A stretch of DNA of 62,433 bases, filler included, from Chiloscyllium plagiosum (lineage: Eukaryota), in the NCBI RefSeq assembly GCF_004010195.1. It is 4 parts of one record of this genome, joined end to end, with 100 filler letters (N's around TTAATTAATTAA, not from the genome) between each part and the next. Parts side by side here need not be neighbours in the genome. Positions count along the whole stretch, not along the records: positions 28,647 to 56,678 come from NC_057717.1; 3 more parts are not named here. One strand, written 5' to 3'. The translations under genes were made by a program, and so were the position numbers. Positions 36,111 to 48,979 of the stretch are shown one piece after another. Positions within the stretch are counted from its first letter, which is position 1. Every line of letters begins with the position of its first letter. A model generated the notes under the pieces. It had not been told where the DNA came from and did no database searches. It saw nothing but the letters and a program-made list of their open reading frames with translations.

Positions 36111-37815
36111 AGTATGGGGGAGATACTAAACGAGTACTTTGCATCAATATTTACTGTGGAAAAGGATATGGAAGATATAACATGCAGGGAAATAGATGAT
36201 GACACCTTGCAAAATGTCCATCTTAAAGAGGAGGAAGTGCTGAATGTCTTAAAACGGCTAAAGGTGGTTACATCCTCAGGACATGATCAGGTGTACCCGA
36301 AAACTCTGAGGGAAGCTAGAGAAGTGATTGCTGGGCCTCTTGCTGAGATATTTGTAACATGGATAGTCACAGGTGAGGTGCCGGAAGACTGGAGGTTGGC
36401 TAATGTGGTGCAACTGTTTAAGACTGGTGGTAAGGACAAACCAGGGAACTATAGACCCGTGAGCCTGACATTGGTGGTGGAGAGAATCCTGAGGGATAGG
36501 ATGTGCATGTATTTGGAAAGGCAAGGACTGATTAGGGATAGTCAACATGGCTTTGTTCGTGGGAAATGATGTCTCACAATCTTGATTGAGATTTTTGAGG
36601 AAGTAACAAAGAGAATTGATGTGGGCAGAGTGGTAAATGTGATCTATATGGACTTCAGTAAGGCGTTCAACAAGGTTCCCCATGGGAGAGTGATTAGCAA
36701 GGTTAGATCTCATGCAATACAGGGAGAACTAGCCATTTGGATACAGAACTGACTCAAAGGTAGAAGACAGAGGGTGGTGTTGGAGGGTTATTTTTCAGAC
36801 TGGAGGCCTGTGACCAGTGCATTGCCACTAGGATCTGTGCTGGATTCACAACTTTTTGTCATTGACATAAATGATTTGTATGTGAGCATAAAAGGTATAG
36901 TTAGTAACTTTGCAGATGACAGCAAAATTGGAGGTGTAGTGGACAGCGAAGAGGGTCAACTCAGATTACAACAGGATCTTGACCAGATGGGCCAATGGGC
37001 TGAGAAGTGGCAGGTGGAGTTCAATTCAGATAAATGCTAGATGCTGCATTTTGGGAAAGCAAATCTTAGCAGGACTTAAACACTTAATGGTAAGGTCCGA
37101 GGGAGTGTTGCTGAACCAAGAGAACTTGGAGTGCAGGTTCATAGCTCCTTGAAAGTGGAGTTGCAAGTAGATAGGATAATGAAGAAGGTGTTTGGTATGC
37201 TTTCCTTTATTGGTCAGAGTATTGAGTACAGGCGTTGAAAGATCATTTTGCAGCTCTTCAGGATATTGGTTAGACCACTGTTGGAATATTGAGTGCAATT
37301 TCTGGTCTCCTTCCTATCAGAAATATGTTGTGAAACTTGAAAGGGTTCAGAAAATATTTACAAGAATGTTGCCAGGTTTGGAGGGTTTGAGCTATACAGA
37401 GAGGCTGAGTAGGCTGGGACTGTTTTCCCTGAGCATCGGAGACTGTGGGGTGACATAATAGAGATTTTAAAAATTATGAGGGGCATGGATAAGGTAAATA
37501 GGAAATGTCTTTTCCCTGTGTTTGGGGAGTCCAGAACGAGAGGGCGTAGGTTTAGGGTGAGAGGGGAAATATATAAAAGATACCTACGAGGCAACTTATT
37601 CACACAGAGTGTGGTACGTGTATGGAGTGAGCTGCCAGGTGAAGTGGGGGAGGCTGGTACAAGTGCAACATTTAAGAGGCATTTGGATGGGTATATGAAT
37701 AGGAAGGGTTTGGACGGGTGCTGGCATGTGGGACTAGATTGGTTTGGGATATCTGGTCGGCATGGATGGGGTGGACCGAAGGGCCTGTATCCATGCCGAT
37801 CATCTCTATGACTCA
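36110..37815 (+). mobile_element. 5'-truncated CR1 (HER1-like), relatively young
   Basis: ORF 36114-36569 EILNEYFASIFTVEK...PEDWRLANVVQLFK.G.KDKPGNYRPVSLT...SQHGFVRGK; 3' tail ending ctctatgactc. Confidence 0.95.
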
Positions 37816-38562
37816 ATTACTTATATTAATCTTTGTTTTTTGGTGCACCATACTGGTGAGAAAGTCCAAAGGGATATTCCCCATGATGAGCTTACAAAGA
37901 CCCAACAAACCCGGGGAGTTTTCAGACATCCAACACAACAGAATATTTTTCCTAGCCCAGAAAGTAAAGATATATTTTTCCCATATGCATCTGCGTAAGA
38001 TACTCTGGGCATGCCCACGAAAGAGAAATCGGGTCCATCTCCAATTCGGTCCCCAAGACCCACTCTATCACACCTAACACAGTGCTCCACTATAAACGAA
38101 GCCTGCAGCAGGACCACATGCAATGAGTAAGAGTGCCTGTAGGACATGCTGAAGATAATCCCACTTTGAATTTTGAGAGAAAATCTGGTGTCAGATCGAC
38201 CCTATGAAGGATTTTCAACTGCATGAAATGGGTCCTATTACAGATCAAAATCCTTCGAGCATTTTCACAAATATCCTCCCATGTCTCCAAAGAGATATAA
38301 ACCCCCCAACTCTCTCGCACAGACGTCAGGAAGCTGCACAGTCTTTTCTGAGGGGACACTATCCAACTAATGATAAAGGGTACTGACACAGTGTATTCTT
38401 GACAATAAGCAATGGCTTCTCTCTATCGGATCTGTAGGAGTCTGTTGAAAGTATTTTAAAATCAAATCTCTAATCTGGAAAAAAATGAAGAAGTTTCTAC
38501 TAGGTAGTCCATACTTACGAGTTATTTGATCAAATGATATTATTGTTTATCCCTCAAGTAAC

Positions 38563-38890
38563 ACGTGGTGGTTCAATGGTTGCACTGCTGACTCACCGCA
38601 CCAGGGTCACGGGTTTGGTTGCTGTCTGGGGTGACTGGCTGTGTGGAGTTAGTATATTCTCAGCTGTGTCTGCGTAGGTTTCCTCCCACAGTCACAAAGA
38701 TGTGCAGGTTAGATGAATCGTCAATTGCTAAATCGCTCATAGTGTTCCAGGATCTGTCAGTTGGGGCATTAGTCAGGGTAAGTATAGGATGGTAGGGGAA
38801 TGGATCTGGGTGGGTTACTCTTCAGAGGATCAAACTGGACTTTTTGGACCCAAGGACCTGTTTCCACACTGTAGGGATTCTACTAAATCT
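38563..38890 (+). mobile_element. HE1-like SINE inserted in L1 ORF2
   Basis: gtggtggttcaatggttgcactgctgactcacc head, central ggtttcctcccacagtc...gatgtgcaggttag, tail ccacactgtagggattc. Confidence 0.85.
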
Positions 38891-38907
38891 AAATCATCCA
38901 AGCAAAG

Positions 38908-38910
<3 letters not shown>

Positions 38911-38955
<45 letters not shown>
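38911..38955. repeat. Poly-C run (45 nt) followed by C-rich sequence
   Basis: Direct inspection. Confidence 0.9.
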
Positions 38956-41900
38956 ACCCTCAACGCCACCCCCCGCACCCCCCCACCCCCGCTGCCCGCA
39001 GTTTAAACCTGGAATCCATTATTCCCAGTTGACAACCCGGTATACCAATTAAAGTGGTAAGAAACATGGTAATGGTTGTATTGCCCTCGATCTGTATTGC
39101 CCTCGATCTGCCTTGTCCTTAAAGTTTTAACAGTATTGATCATCATTAGTTTTTGACAATACTCCATAAATGTTGTCATTTTATCTAAGAATAACAGACT
39201 AATAAGGGTTCACTTTGTCTGAGATGGCCCAATGTCTCGCTGTCTTGACGCCAAGTCCTCGGCGGCCCAGGCACTAACATAGGATGATAAAAGAGCTTAA
39301 TTGAATGTTTTTAATCTGGGAGATCTACCCCTCCACAATCTGTGGGGCAGTTGCAATTTTGTTAGCTTGATAAAGAATTGCTTGTGGTACAAAATAAAAG
39401 AGCTAAACCAGCCATTCTGTTTCCGAAATATCTGTCTGGGAAACATCAAAGAAAGCATTCGCACGGGGCCTAGGAAATGAGGAAGGACATTCATTTTAAT
39501 AACAGCTATCTGACTTAGCCAGGATTTTGGAAATGGCTCCCATCTTTGAAGGTCTTGTTTAATTTTGTCAAACAAATGGACATAGTTCACGTTAAATAAA
39601 TGATCAAAGACAGATGTAATGAATATACTGAAATAGGGAAACCATCCCCAGTGACCATTTAAAAGGAAATCAGGATTTGCCCTCAGTATCAGGTATTTCT
39701 CTCAGACCTCCCATCGGCATGGCCTCCAACTTTGTAAAATTAATCTTATCACCCAGAAAGGCAACAAGCGAATTAATGCATTGCATCACATGAACTACCG
39801 AAATTGCGGGATTTGACAAAAAACGTCAGACCCTCATCTGCATACAATGTAATCTCACGTTACTTCTATCCCACTTCTGGGGCAGATATGTTGGCATCCC
39901 TACGGATGGCCTCCGCCAATGGCTCAATCACCAACGTAAACAATAATGGTGAAAGGTGTCAGCCTTGTCGGCTGCCAGGAGAAATATTAATAGTACTGGT
40001 TTGCACTCCATTAGTGAGAACTGCAGCCAGAGGATCGCGGTAAATGACCCTCACTCACTTGATAAAAACTGTGCGTAGACAAAACCGTTCTAATGTACAG
40101 AAGAGATCCGGCCACTCAACCCAATCAAATGCCTTCTCTCATCTAAAGAGATCAATAATCCCTGTACAGATTGTTGTTGAGACTCTTGGATCATATTGAG
40201 TAACCTCTTAACATTGTAGGGAGATCTGCGGCCCTTTATAAAGCATGTTTGGTTCTCTTCGGCAATGGAAGGCAGCAAAGTTTCCAGCCTTAATGCACGG
40301 ATCTCAGACAGACTTTTGAAATCAACATTTAAAAGTCAGATTGGCGTGTAAGAAGCACAATCTTCCAAGGTCTTCCTTTCTTCAGCATCAGAGAGATATG
40401 AGCCTCTAAAGGATGGAGGGAGGGGTTTGTGACTGTATGAGCGACGGAACGTGTTAAACATCTGCCCTGACAATAGGTTTATAAATTATTTGTAAAGGTC
40501 ACGAGGAAATCCGTCTGGAACGTGCATCTTTACATTCTGAAGCTGCTTCACACCCTCCTGCGCTGACAATGGTGCATTAAGACACAACACTTATTCAGGG
40601 GTTACTCCTGGAAGACCCAGGTTCTTGAAAAATGACTCAATCTTAATCCATCTATCCTCACAATGTTCAGTCTGAAATAATTCGCAGAAAAACACGGACG
40701 GGAGGCATTAATCTTTCTGGAATGAAAGGTAAGGATCCCAGTACCTTCCCTTGTTGAGGTAATGGCTTGAGAGGGGCACTCTTGTTCCTGGCAAGATAGG
40801 CTAAATACTTGCGCAGCTTATCACTATGTTCAAACAGCCTTTGTTTTGCAAAGGTAAGTTCCTTCTTGGCTGTCTGTTTGAGTGTAGAATCCACTGCAGA
40901 CCGAAGCGTTATAATCCTCTGCAGCTTAGCCACTGAGGGTCTGTCACAGTATGCCTTCTCTGCTGCCTTCAGCTGTGCCTCAAACCAGCATTCCTGCTCC
41001 CACTTCTACTGCATCCTAAGGAATAATTATCCCTTGGCATAAGCCTTAGCAATTTCCCATAGAATGGATGGGTTACTGGTTGAAACTGAATTAATGGCTA
41101 AGAAAGATCTGAATACATTGTAGAAATATTCAATGAACTAACTAGCCTTAAGAATAACGGGATAAATTCGCCAGTGTCTCGAATCTGTTATATTACCCTT
41201 AACCTTAATCAATAAGTATACTGCTTCATGGTCAGAAATGATAATAGTCCCAATTATGCAGGGTGCCACCGAATCTAAGATTGCTGCAGGGATGGGGAAG
41301 ATGTCAACCCTCGTTGGCATTTCTGCTGGTTGAAGAAGAAAACAAAATCCCTACTTGTGAGGTAGATTTGCCTCCAGACATCCACCAGCTCTAGTTCTGC
41401 ACAGAATTCCACTAATTGCTTACATTATAATCTGGGTATTGGGGGACCTTTGGACATTCAGTCCACTGTGGGGTACGTAAGACAGTTGAAATCGTCTCCA
41501 ATAATGTGCCATGAGGCAAGATAACCTAATTTAGAAAATGCATCTACCAAGGTTTTAAGAGGGTGCGCCAGGAGGCAATAATCATTCAAAATACTGTATT
41601 CTTTTCCATAGTTCAAGGATTTCGGGATTATGATCCTCCTGTGAGTGTCAAATATAAACTAGTAATTTAACTGGAAGTTTCTTCCTGTCCAGTATGGCTT
41701 CTCCCCTACTCCGACAATAAAAAAAATCGAGAAATAAACCCGATCAAACTCGCCCTGCTGTAATGTCCAATGTTCATTGTCATCAAGGTACATCTCCTGC
41801 AATAGGACAACATCCACCCTCTCCTTCTTAAGACTAGAAAGTACACATTTCCTCTTGACTGGACGATGGCTCCCCTTATTGTTCCAGGTACACCATTTAA

Positions 41901-43926
41901 GCACATCATTATCCATCACACACCGTAGCGACATTTGAGCTCTAGAGAGGAACAACTTGAATTACACATCACTGATCATGAATGAAAAAAGACTCATAGA
42001 GCTTGAAAACAACACAAACTAAGACGACTACTACTAACAAGCTCTAAAAACATTCCAAAACTAAATGCATATAAAAAAACAAAAAAAGAAACAAAATCCA
42101 AGGTGCCAATGACATTCGATAGGGAATTTACCCCACGCTCACCCAGTGGGCACGGTTACATATCACAACACTTTATCTTCTGCCCGCTACCAATATGACA
42201 TTCATGGCAATTAACAACAAAACTCGGGCTTCAACTGCCCTTTGGTCGTAATTTAGTCATCACAAGTACCTTTGTAACCCGCTCCAGCTTGTGCCGCACC
42301 CCAGATACAAGCAAGGAAAGAAAAAAAGAGTAGTAATACTAATGAAGAAGTTAAAAGTGAATACTCTACCCATCCCCGACTACAATTTAACACTGGTTAA
42401 TACCAGAAAATTCCAAGAAAATTTCGTTAAGAGAGAAACATGATTATCTAAATATTCAGCTTATTTTAAAATGTCCATAAAGTTTTTGCTTTCTCTGGAG
42501 AGTCAGACGAGTTCTTGGATCCATTGAAAGCAATACAGAGCACTGCTGGGTACCGTAGGGAATACTGAATCCCGAGTTCCCTTATTCTTTTCATGATGTC
42601 ATCAAAAGATTTTCTTTCCTGAAACACCACCGTTGAAAAGTCCTGAACGAACGTAATACTGGAGCCTTCGTGAATTAAAACCATTGGATCTTTCCCCTGT
42701 GTTCTGGAAGATTCCATCAGTCTTTGTTTATCCCCATATCTATGTAACCACACAAGGACAGGGCGAAGGCGTTGGTCTGAGTCTGACCTGTGCAACGTAC
42801 CTCGACGAACTGTCTCAATCTTCACCTGTCCCTTTTCAGTTTTGTAGTGAAGGAATCGCGGCAGCCAGTTCTCAATAAACTCACCCGCTGACCACCTTCC
42901 GTCCGGTCCAGCAAACCGATGATGTGAACATCCTCATCCTATCCCTGTTCTCGAGGTCGTCGTCATGCTCACTTACGGTACGGACCTGGTTTTCAAAGGA
43001 ATCAAATGAGAGGAATTGATCGCGTTCCCTGTCGCTGCAGTTCGGCGCTTGACATCATCTGTTCTGTTTCCAAGGCTGTCAAGTTGCTGCTCATGTTTTT
43101 GGTGCACGGCTGAGAGCAGCTACAACCACTGCTGAACCCTTCTTCAATCATTTTACGTAACTTGATGAACTCAGTGACCAAGTCCTGGTGAGTAACTGGG
43201 TCTATTGAACGAGCAGAGTGGGTTGCAGCTACAGCCTCAGGCAGGCTCGATGCTTCTGACGGGTGCACAGTGTGTTGGGACTTAATCGATCCTTTCCCAT
43301 GTTTTGTCATTTCCATTTGACAAAATGGGATTAGGAAAGATTCTATCACTGTTTTAGTGTTGAATTTTAATTAACTGGCTGAGATGGGGTGGGTTAGAGA
43401 ACCACTTTGCCCGTGTGTTGATGCAGAGCCCAGCAAAGCAGACCTTCTGGATCGTCGCAATCTTGTATTCCCCCTCAACATTTTATTGATATTATCATTT
43501 CATTTTGCATTATATTCCTGGATGATCTGGACCCGTGTAATTTGGTACCACTGTCTACATTTTCCCCTACGCTGCAAATTGCTGCCCATTTCTCGATAAT
43601 CCTTGACTCTGTTGTTATTCATGAACTTCTGTCCATGCCTCAAAAATATTCAATAACCCTTGCTCCAATGCTCTGCGAGGAAGAGTGTTGCAAAAACTCA
43701 CAGCACTTTGAGAAAACAATTATAAACGTTATGATCTGAGTGTGAGATTAGTTTTTTGTGTATCTGAAAAAGGATATAATTACATTGAAAGCAGTTTAAC
43801 GATGTTTCATTTCACGTATTCCTGGGGTGAAGGGCTTATATGATGAAGGTTTTAACAGGTTACTCTTGGAATGAGAATGAAACATACAAGACCTTGAGGA
43901 GAGTGAATTATGTATATACCAGCTGG

Positions 43927-43990
43927 GTTGAAAATGTGTTGCTGGAATTCAGGTCTGATCTCCATCATTGCAGTCCTCACTTTCTCTTAG
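43927..43990. mobile_element. Collapsed Penelope hairpin remnant with an imperfect 13-bp TSD
   Basis: aaaatgtgttgctgg joined to tctgatctcc...gcagtcctcactttctc; flanks atataccagctgg (43914) and atatacccgctgg (43994). Confidence 0.6.
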
Positions 43991-44036
43991 AAGATATACC
44001 CGCTGGTGTTTGTATAGTCCAAATTTGTTGTCATTG

Positions 44037-44332
44037 TCATAGAAACTCAACAGTGTGGAGGCAGGCCATTCCATCCATTAAGTCCACACTGATCCACCAA
44101 ACCGCATCCCACCTGGACGTGCCCCCCCACCTTATCCATGTAACCCTGCATTTCCCATAACTAACACTCATGCTCATCTTTGGACTGTGGCAGGAAACTG
44201 GAGCACTGAGAGGAAACACGCACAGGCACGGCGAGAATGTTCAAACGTCATATGGAGGATCGCCCGAGGTTAGAATTGAACCCAGCTCCTTGGTGATGTG
44301 AGGAAGCAGTGCCACCCACAGATCCACCATTC
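44037..44332 (-). mobile_element. HE1-like SINE
   Basis: Reverse complement of the SINE head and tail seen elsewhere (ctttggactgtggcaggaaactggagcac). Confidence 0.85.
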
Positions 44333-44859
44333 TCCTCCGGTAATTCTGTTAGTAACTTGTGGCTGACTAAAGAAATCTGCCTGACTTGTTCTTATCACTG
44401 AACCTAACCCAGTCTGAGATCTTAATCATCGACCATATCTCCAACTTGGTTACATTTAAAATTTGTTGTGAGCCGTGGAGGAGTGGGACTAGAAAAGGAA
44501 GGTGTGACACCCTCCATCCTCAGTCACAACTGGAGTGAGAAGAAATTCACAAAGTGGGAATTCATTTAAGTGGGAATCCTTTTTCCCAGAAGTTTGGGAT
44601 GGCGGCATCTTTGTATTATATCAAGGCTGGCTTCGCCTGATTTTCCATAGACATGGATAATGGTGCATAGAGAGAAAAGTGCAGCTGGGACCACAATGAG
44701 ATGAGCCATGACACACTTTACTGATGGAGTAGTGTGAAAGGGCCGAATGGCCCCCTCCTGTCCCTCAGTCCTATGTTCTGATGTTCCAATCAGCCCTTCG
44801 GACCTGCTATACAGCGGCAGATCGAGGCCACTCCGATGGTTAGGTGTAGTTTTGGAAAT

Positions 44860-44945
44860 GTAATTCGAAAATCCAGGCTGGGCCAGGAAGTGACCCTCAC
44901 ACCCCAATCCCTGTTTCCAAGCTTCCCCTCTCTGTAACTTCTGCT
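44860..44945 (-). mobile_element. Harbinger transposase 5' fragment
   Basis: agcttcccctctctgtaacttctgct matches agcttcccctctctgcagcctctgct at about 25581. Confidence 0.5.
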
Positions 44946-44959
44946 TGAAATTAATAAGT

Positions 44960-46260
44960 AGGAACAACAGTAGTTATTCGGCCCCTCAAGCTTGCCCTGT
45001 CATTTAATATGAACATGGCTGATCTACTCCAGGGCTGTACTCCACTTTCTTGCCGACTCCTTGCATCCCTCCACAGCTCTCCGGGTTAGGAAATTCGCGA
45101 CATTCACTACCTTCTGAGAGAAGGCATCACATTGCAACTCAGACAGAAATCGATGTTCCATATTCGGTATCTGTGTCCTCGAGTTCGAGACTCCAACCAG
45201 GAATGGTAACAACTTCTCAACATCTACCTTCTCAAGTCCCTTCTGTGTCTTGTATTTTTCAGCAGTATCACTCCTCATTCATTTAAACCCCAATGAATAA
45301 TCTCCTCACCATTTTAGAGATTCTCAATAACACAGCCCTTCCATACCAGGAACCCGTCTTTTGAACCAACCTAGTTACTTGCTGCATCAGCACGCTGACT
45401 TTATGTTTCATACACTGGAAGACTACAATCCCTTTGTACTGCTCCTTTTCTGGAAGTGCTCTCCATTAAAGAACACCCTGTCTTTTGGTTCACAGCGTCA
45501 TCCACAAACTCGGATGTATATTGCACTCAGCTCCCTCCTTCAGGCTATCAGTATAGATTGTAAATAACTGATGCCATCGGTCTCATAGCTGTGGTACTCC
45601 AGCAAATACACCTTATCATGAAGATTCATTAATTCCTGACTCTCTGATTTCTATGAGCTAACCAATCAACTTCCCATGTTAATACATTATCCATCATCCT
45701 ACGATCTTCTGTTGTGTGTAAGAACTCTTATTTTGTAATACTTTGTGGAAAATCTCTGGAAAGCCTGGTGTCTAACAGATCCCCTTTATCAAATCCGCTT
45801 CTTACATTCTCAGGCATCTCCAGAAATACTTTGCATGATTTTACAGGGAAAAGTATAATTTCCTGTTCACAAACCCACACTGACTCTGCGTGAAGCTTTT
45901 CTAAATGCTCATGCTGGCCAGGTTTTCCAAATTTAGCTCGTCCCATCTGCTTTCGTTTGGCCAATATGTGTCTAACTGTTTCCCATTCATATGGTTGTCC
46001 AAATGAGTTTTAAATGTTGTAGCTGTATTGGCATCTACCACTCTTCCTCTGACAGTTCATTCCATACCCAACCACCCTCTGTGTAAAATAAAATTGCCCC
46101 TTCGTTTTTTTTAAAGCTTTCCTCTTTCACCTTAAACCTATGCCTTCTATGGCTGAACTCCCCATGTCGTTGGAAAGATCTTGGCTATTCACACTATCCA
46201 TATCTCTCATGGTTTTAGAAACTTTTACAATGTCACCACCCAACCTCCTACACTCCATCT
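44960..46260 (-). mobile_element. Old CR1 fragments
   Basis: Minus-strand EKYKTQKGLEKVDVEKL...FSQKVVN and other CR1 C-terminal/RT remnants. Confidence 0.7.
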
Positions 46261-47159
46261 GATACTAATTTCAAGAAAAAGTATTTAAAGATAAGCATTG
46301 CAAATTTAAACAATATTAAATATAACAGGTAAACAATACTCAGCCCAAACCTTATATGGTGATTTATTTTTCTCCATATTGCAATACGAAGGCAGCACGA
46401 AATGCTTACTAGTGCCAAGAAGAAGTCAAGCACCTGGATTCCTCTGTCTAAAGGGGGCGATGATCTCAACAGTGAAAACGTATTCATGGCCAGATCTATA
46501 TAATGTCACATACTCAACATTCTCCCTCCTGGCCTCCCTATGACCTTGTGTGGTTGCGTCTTCTTTATCTTGCACTCAATAGAGAGAACCCATTTCCTCC
46601 ATTCACACCTTAATTTAAACACATTTTACATCATCCACTCGTTCACCTGTGCTAAAAGCCCATTTATCTTTGCGACACCCTCTTTTCCCTGTCACCCATC
46701 GCCCAAGTCTGACAAGGGATTGAAAATCCCAGTTTCCAATGTCTCTGCAGATGATGACAGACCTGATGAGTTTCTCCAGAAGTGAATAGGCACAGAACAA
46801 ATTTCCACGAAAACCAGTAACTATGGATACTGGAAAAAAAAATACAAAAATTGCTGGAGAAACTGAGAGCTTTGTAAAGGGTCACTGGACCTGAAAGTTT
46901 AACTCTGCATTCACTCCAGAAGATGCTGCAACATTTTCAGTAATTTCTTCAGCAATGTCTGTTTTTGGACAATTTCTAAAGAAGAATGTCAAAGATGCTC
47001 AAACATCCTACACTGGGAACTGAGCAATAACGCATGGTGCATAAGTACCTTGACTCTGAAACTGAAAAGGACTGGCATCACTGACACTACAGAGCTTTTA
47101 ATCATGGTCAGGGAGAAAAATAGAGGGAAACACATTCACTTGAAATACAGAAGTTGACA

Positions 47160-48000
47160 TTGTGGAAAATGAACGATTTCGATTATTACCTTAAATGGAT
47201 TGATTTAAAGTAGCAAATTGGACGTGTGACACCAGGGAAATGCCCTCAGCAGAATGAGAATATGAACATGGAAGTGTTACCGCATCAGAAACCAGGTTAG
47301 GTCACTGGATAGAGGGCTGATGCCAAGATCAGAATCACGTGCACCTAAACCTGTTGACAACCCATCAAAGCGACCACACTTGACTGGTTGCATTCCAAAC
47401 AGCAGAATTACCTTCTGACGGAGAGGGGGAAATGATCCCAAGACTAACAGATCGGATCTAAGCTCTGTCGCCCTGTTAAATCCAAGCGTAAGTGTCGGTG
47501 GACTGTTAAACAATTTACTGAGGAGAGGACTCCACAAATATCCTCATCCTAAATATCGGAACAATTCTGGACAACAGTGAAAAAAAGTCAAGGACGTGGT
47601 GTCTGCATTATCCTCAGCCATAGGTGTTGAGTGGATGATCCAACTCGCACTCATCATGATGCCCACAGACTCACAGATGACAGTTTTCCAACAACTTGAT
47701 TGGCTGAACGTCACAAGAAGAAACAGATGAACTCTGTAGATATGACAAAAGCAATGGGCCCTGACCCCATTCCTGTGTTAGGACTGAAGACTTGTGCTGC
47801 ACAACAAGCTGGGTCTCTGGGGAATCTGTTTCATTCCAGCTCCAACTCTGACATCTCCCTGACAATGTGGAAAATTACTCAGCTATGTCCAGTCCCCGAA
47901 GAGGAGAATAATTACAATCTGACCAATTACCACCTCGAAGTCCCATCACGACAGTCAATTGGTGGGAATTATTTTTGACAGTGCTGTCAAGTAGCACCGA
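47160..48000 (+). mobile_element. CR1/L2-group LINE RT fragment (mirror copy about 54770-55620, -)
   Basis: KAMGPDPIPVLGLKTCA...LFHSS...MWKITQLCPV. Confidence 0.75.
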
Positions 48001-48880
48001 AATAATCAGATCAGTGTGGTTTCCGATAGGTCCCCATGTGGAGATGATGTTGTTGTGGAAATATCATTGGATTCCTAATCCAGTAGCTGGTCGAAGTTAA
48101 AAATAATTAATAAAATATTGAGACGTAAAATCTGGTGTCTTTAATAGTGATCTTGTATCCAATGTTGATTGTAAACATCGATCTCCTTCCCCAGTGTACT
48201 TTCAGGAAGTGAATCTGCTGTACTTTCCTGGTCTGGACTAAAAGTCATGTGATAAACCTTGTCAATGGTCTCTTAATCGGCCAAGTAAGACACTCAATTG
48301 CATCAAACTGCTCTGAGGTCTTAAACGATAAAACTGGACAGAGCACCTGGCACCAGCCTTGTTATCAGAAAAGGGAATGGGAAACGCAGTCTTGTTGACC
48401 CTGCAGAGGCCTCCTTTCTAACGTCTGAGATTATGTGACAACATTTACAGAGCTTTCCCACAGACTGCACAGAAACATCAGGAAAGGAGGAGGTCATTCA
48501 ATACATTGAGCTTTCCCCATGCTAGTTCATGGCCGAACATCTCGTCAATGCACTTTTCCCCTACAATGTTCATATCCCATAGTATGCTTACACATCAAGT
48601 TTGCTCCTCTATCAATATACACGCGGTTCTTTGATAACACTTGTGTATTACATATGATTTGACTGTTTTCAATGAAGTGAACTATCATCCCTGCCTCCAA
48701 TCTGTCTCAAACTGTCAGAGTTTGATATATGTCAGTGATGTCTCCATCATTTTCCTAATCCATATGAAATACAGGCCCAGTCACCCCAAAACTCTGGTCC
48801 CACAACAAGCCTGTCCTCCCAGAGATCAGTCTGGTCACCCTGAACTGCTCTGCCTCAATGTCAGGTTTATCCTTTACTAG

Positions 48881-48979
48881 CTGAAACTTTATTGCTGGAA
48901 CAGCACAGCAGGTCAGGCTAGGGAACAGAAGATTCGACGTTTCGGGCACATGCCCTTCTTCAGGAATGAGCAGAGAGTG
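48881..48979 (-). mobile_element. 99-bp Penelope terminal fragment with an 8-bp TSD, absent from the partner arm
   Basis: tttactag at 48873-48880 and 48980-48987; empty site ccttgcctagtaaagg at about 53810. Confidence 0.85.
48932..48967 (-). ncRNA. Minimal hammerhead ribozyme motif (best-paired copy)
   Basis: Reverse complement reads ATTC CTGAAGA a GGGC-atgt-GCCC GAA ACGT C GAAT; helix I (ATTC/GAAT) is fully paired. Confidence 0.75.

Larger units (their letters stand above)
37821..43466 (-). mobile_element. Near full-length L1-clade LINE (5' UTR, ORF1 about 43349-42466, ORF2 about 41900-37821), decayed
   Basis: ORF1 RPVLVWLHRYGDKQRLM...FVQDFS...LGIQYSLRYPA; APE CTWNNKG...KR..VL..LKK...DVVLLQE; RT NQTCFIKGR...NVKRLLN, IKMNVLP; C-terminal QLKILHR...C..GTL.HC.WSC. 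Confidence 0.92.

Noticed and set aside
38844..39052. Polyproline ORFs
   Set aside because: Translation of the poly-C run inside a dead L1.
46392..46503. Possible terminal exon QHEMLTSAKKKSSTWIPLSKGGDDL...*, mirrored at 56349-56460
   Set aside because: Differences between the two copies are mostly non-synonymous, the acceptor is weak and I recognise no homolog.
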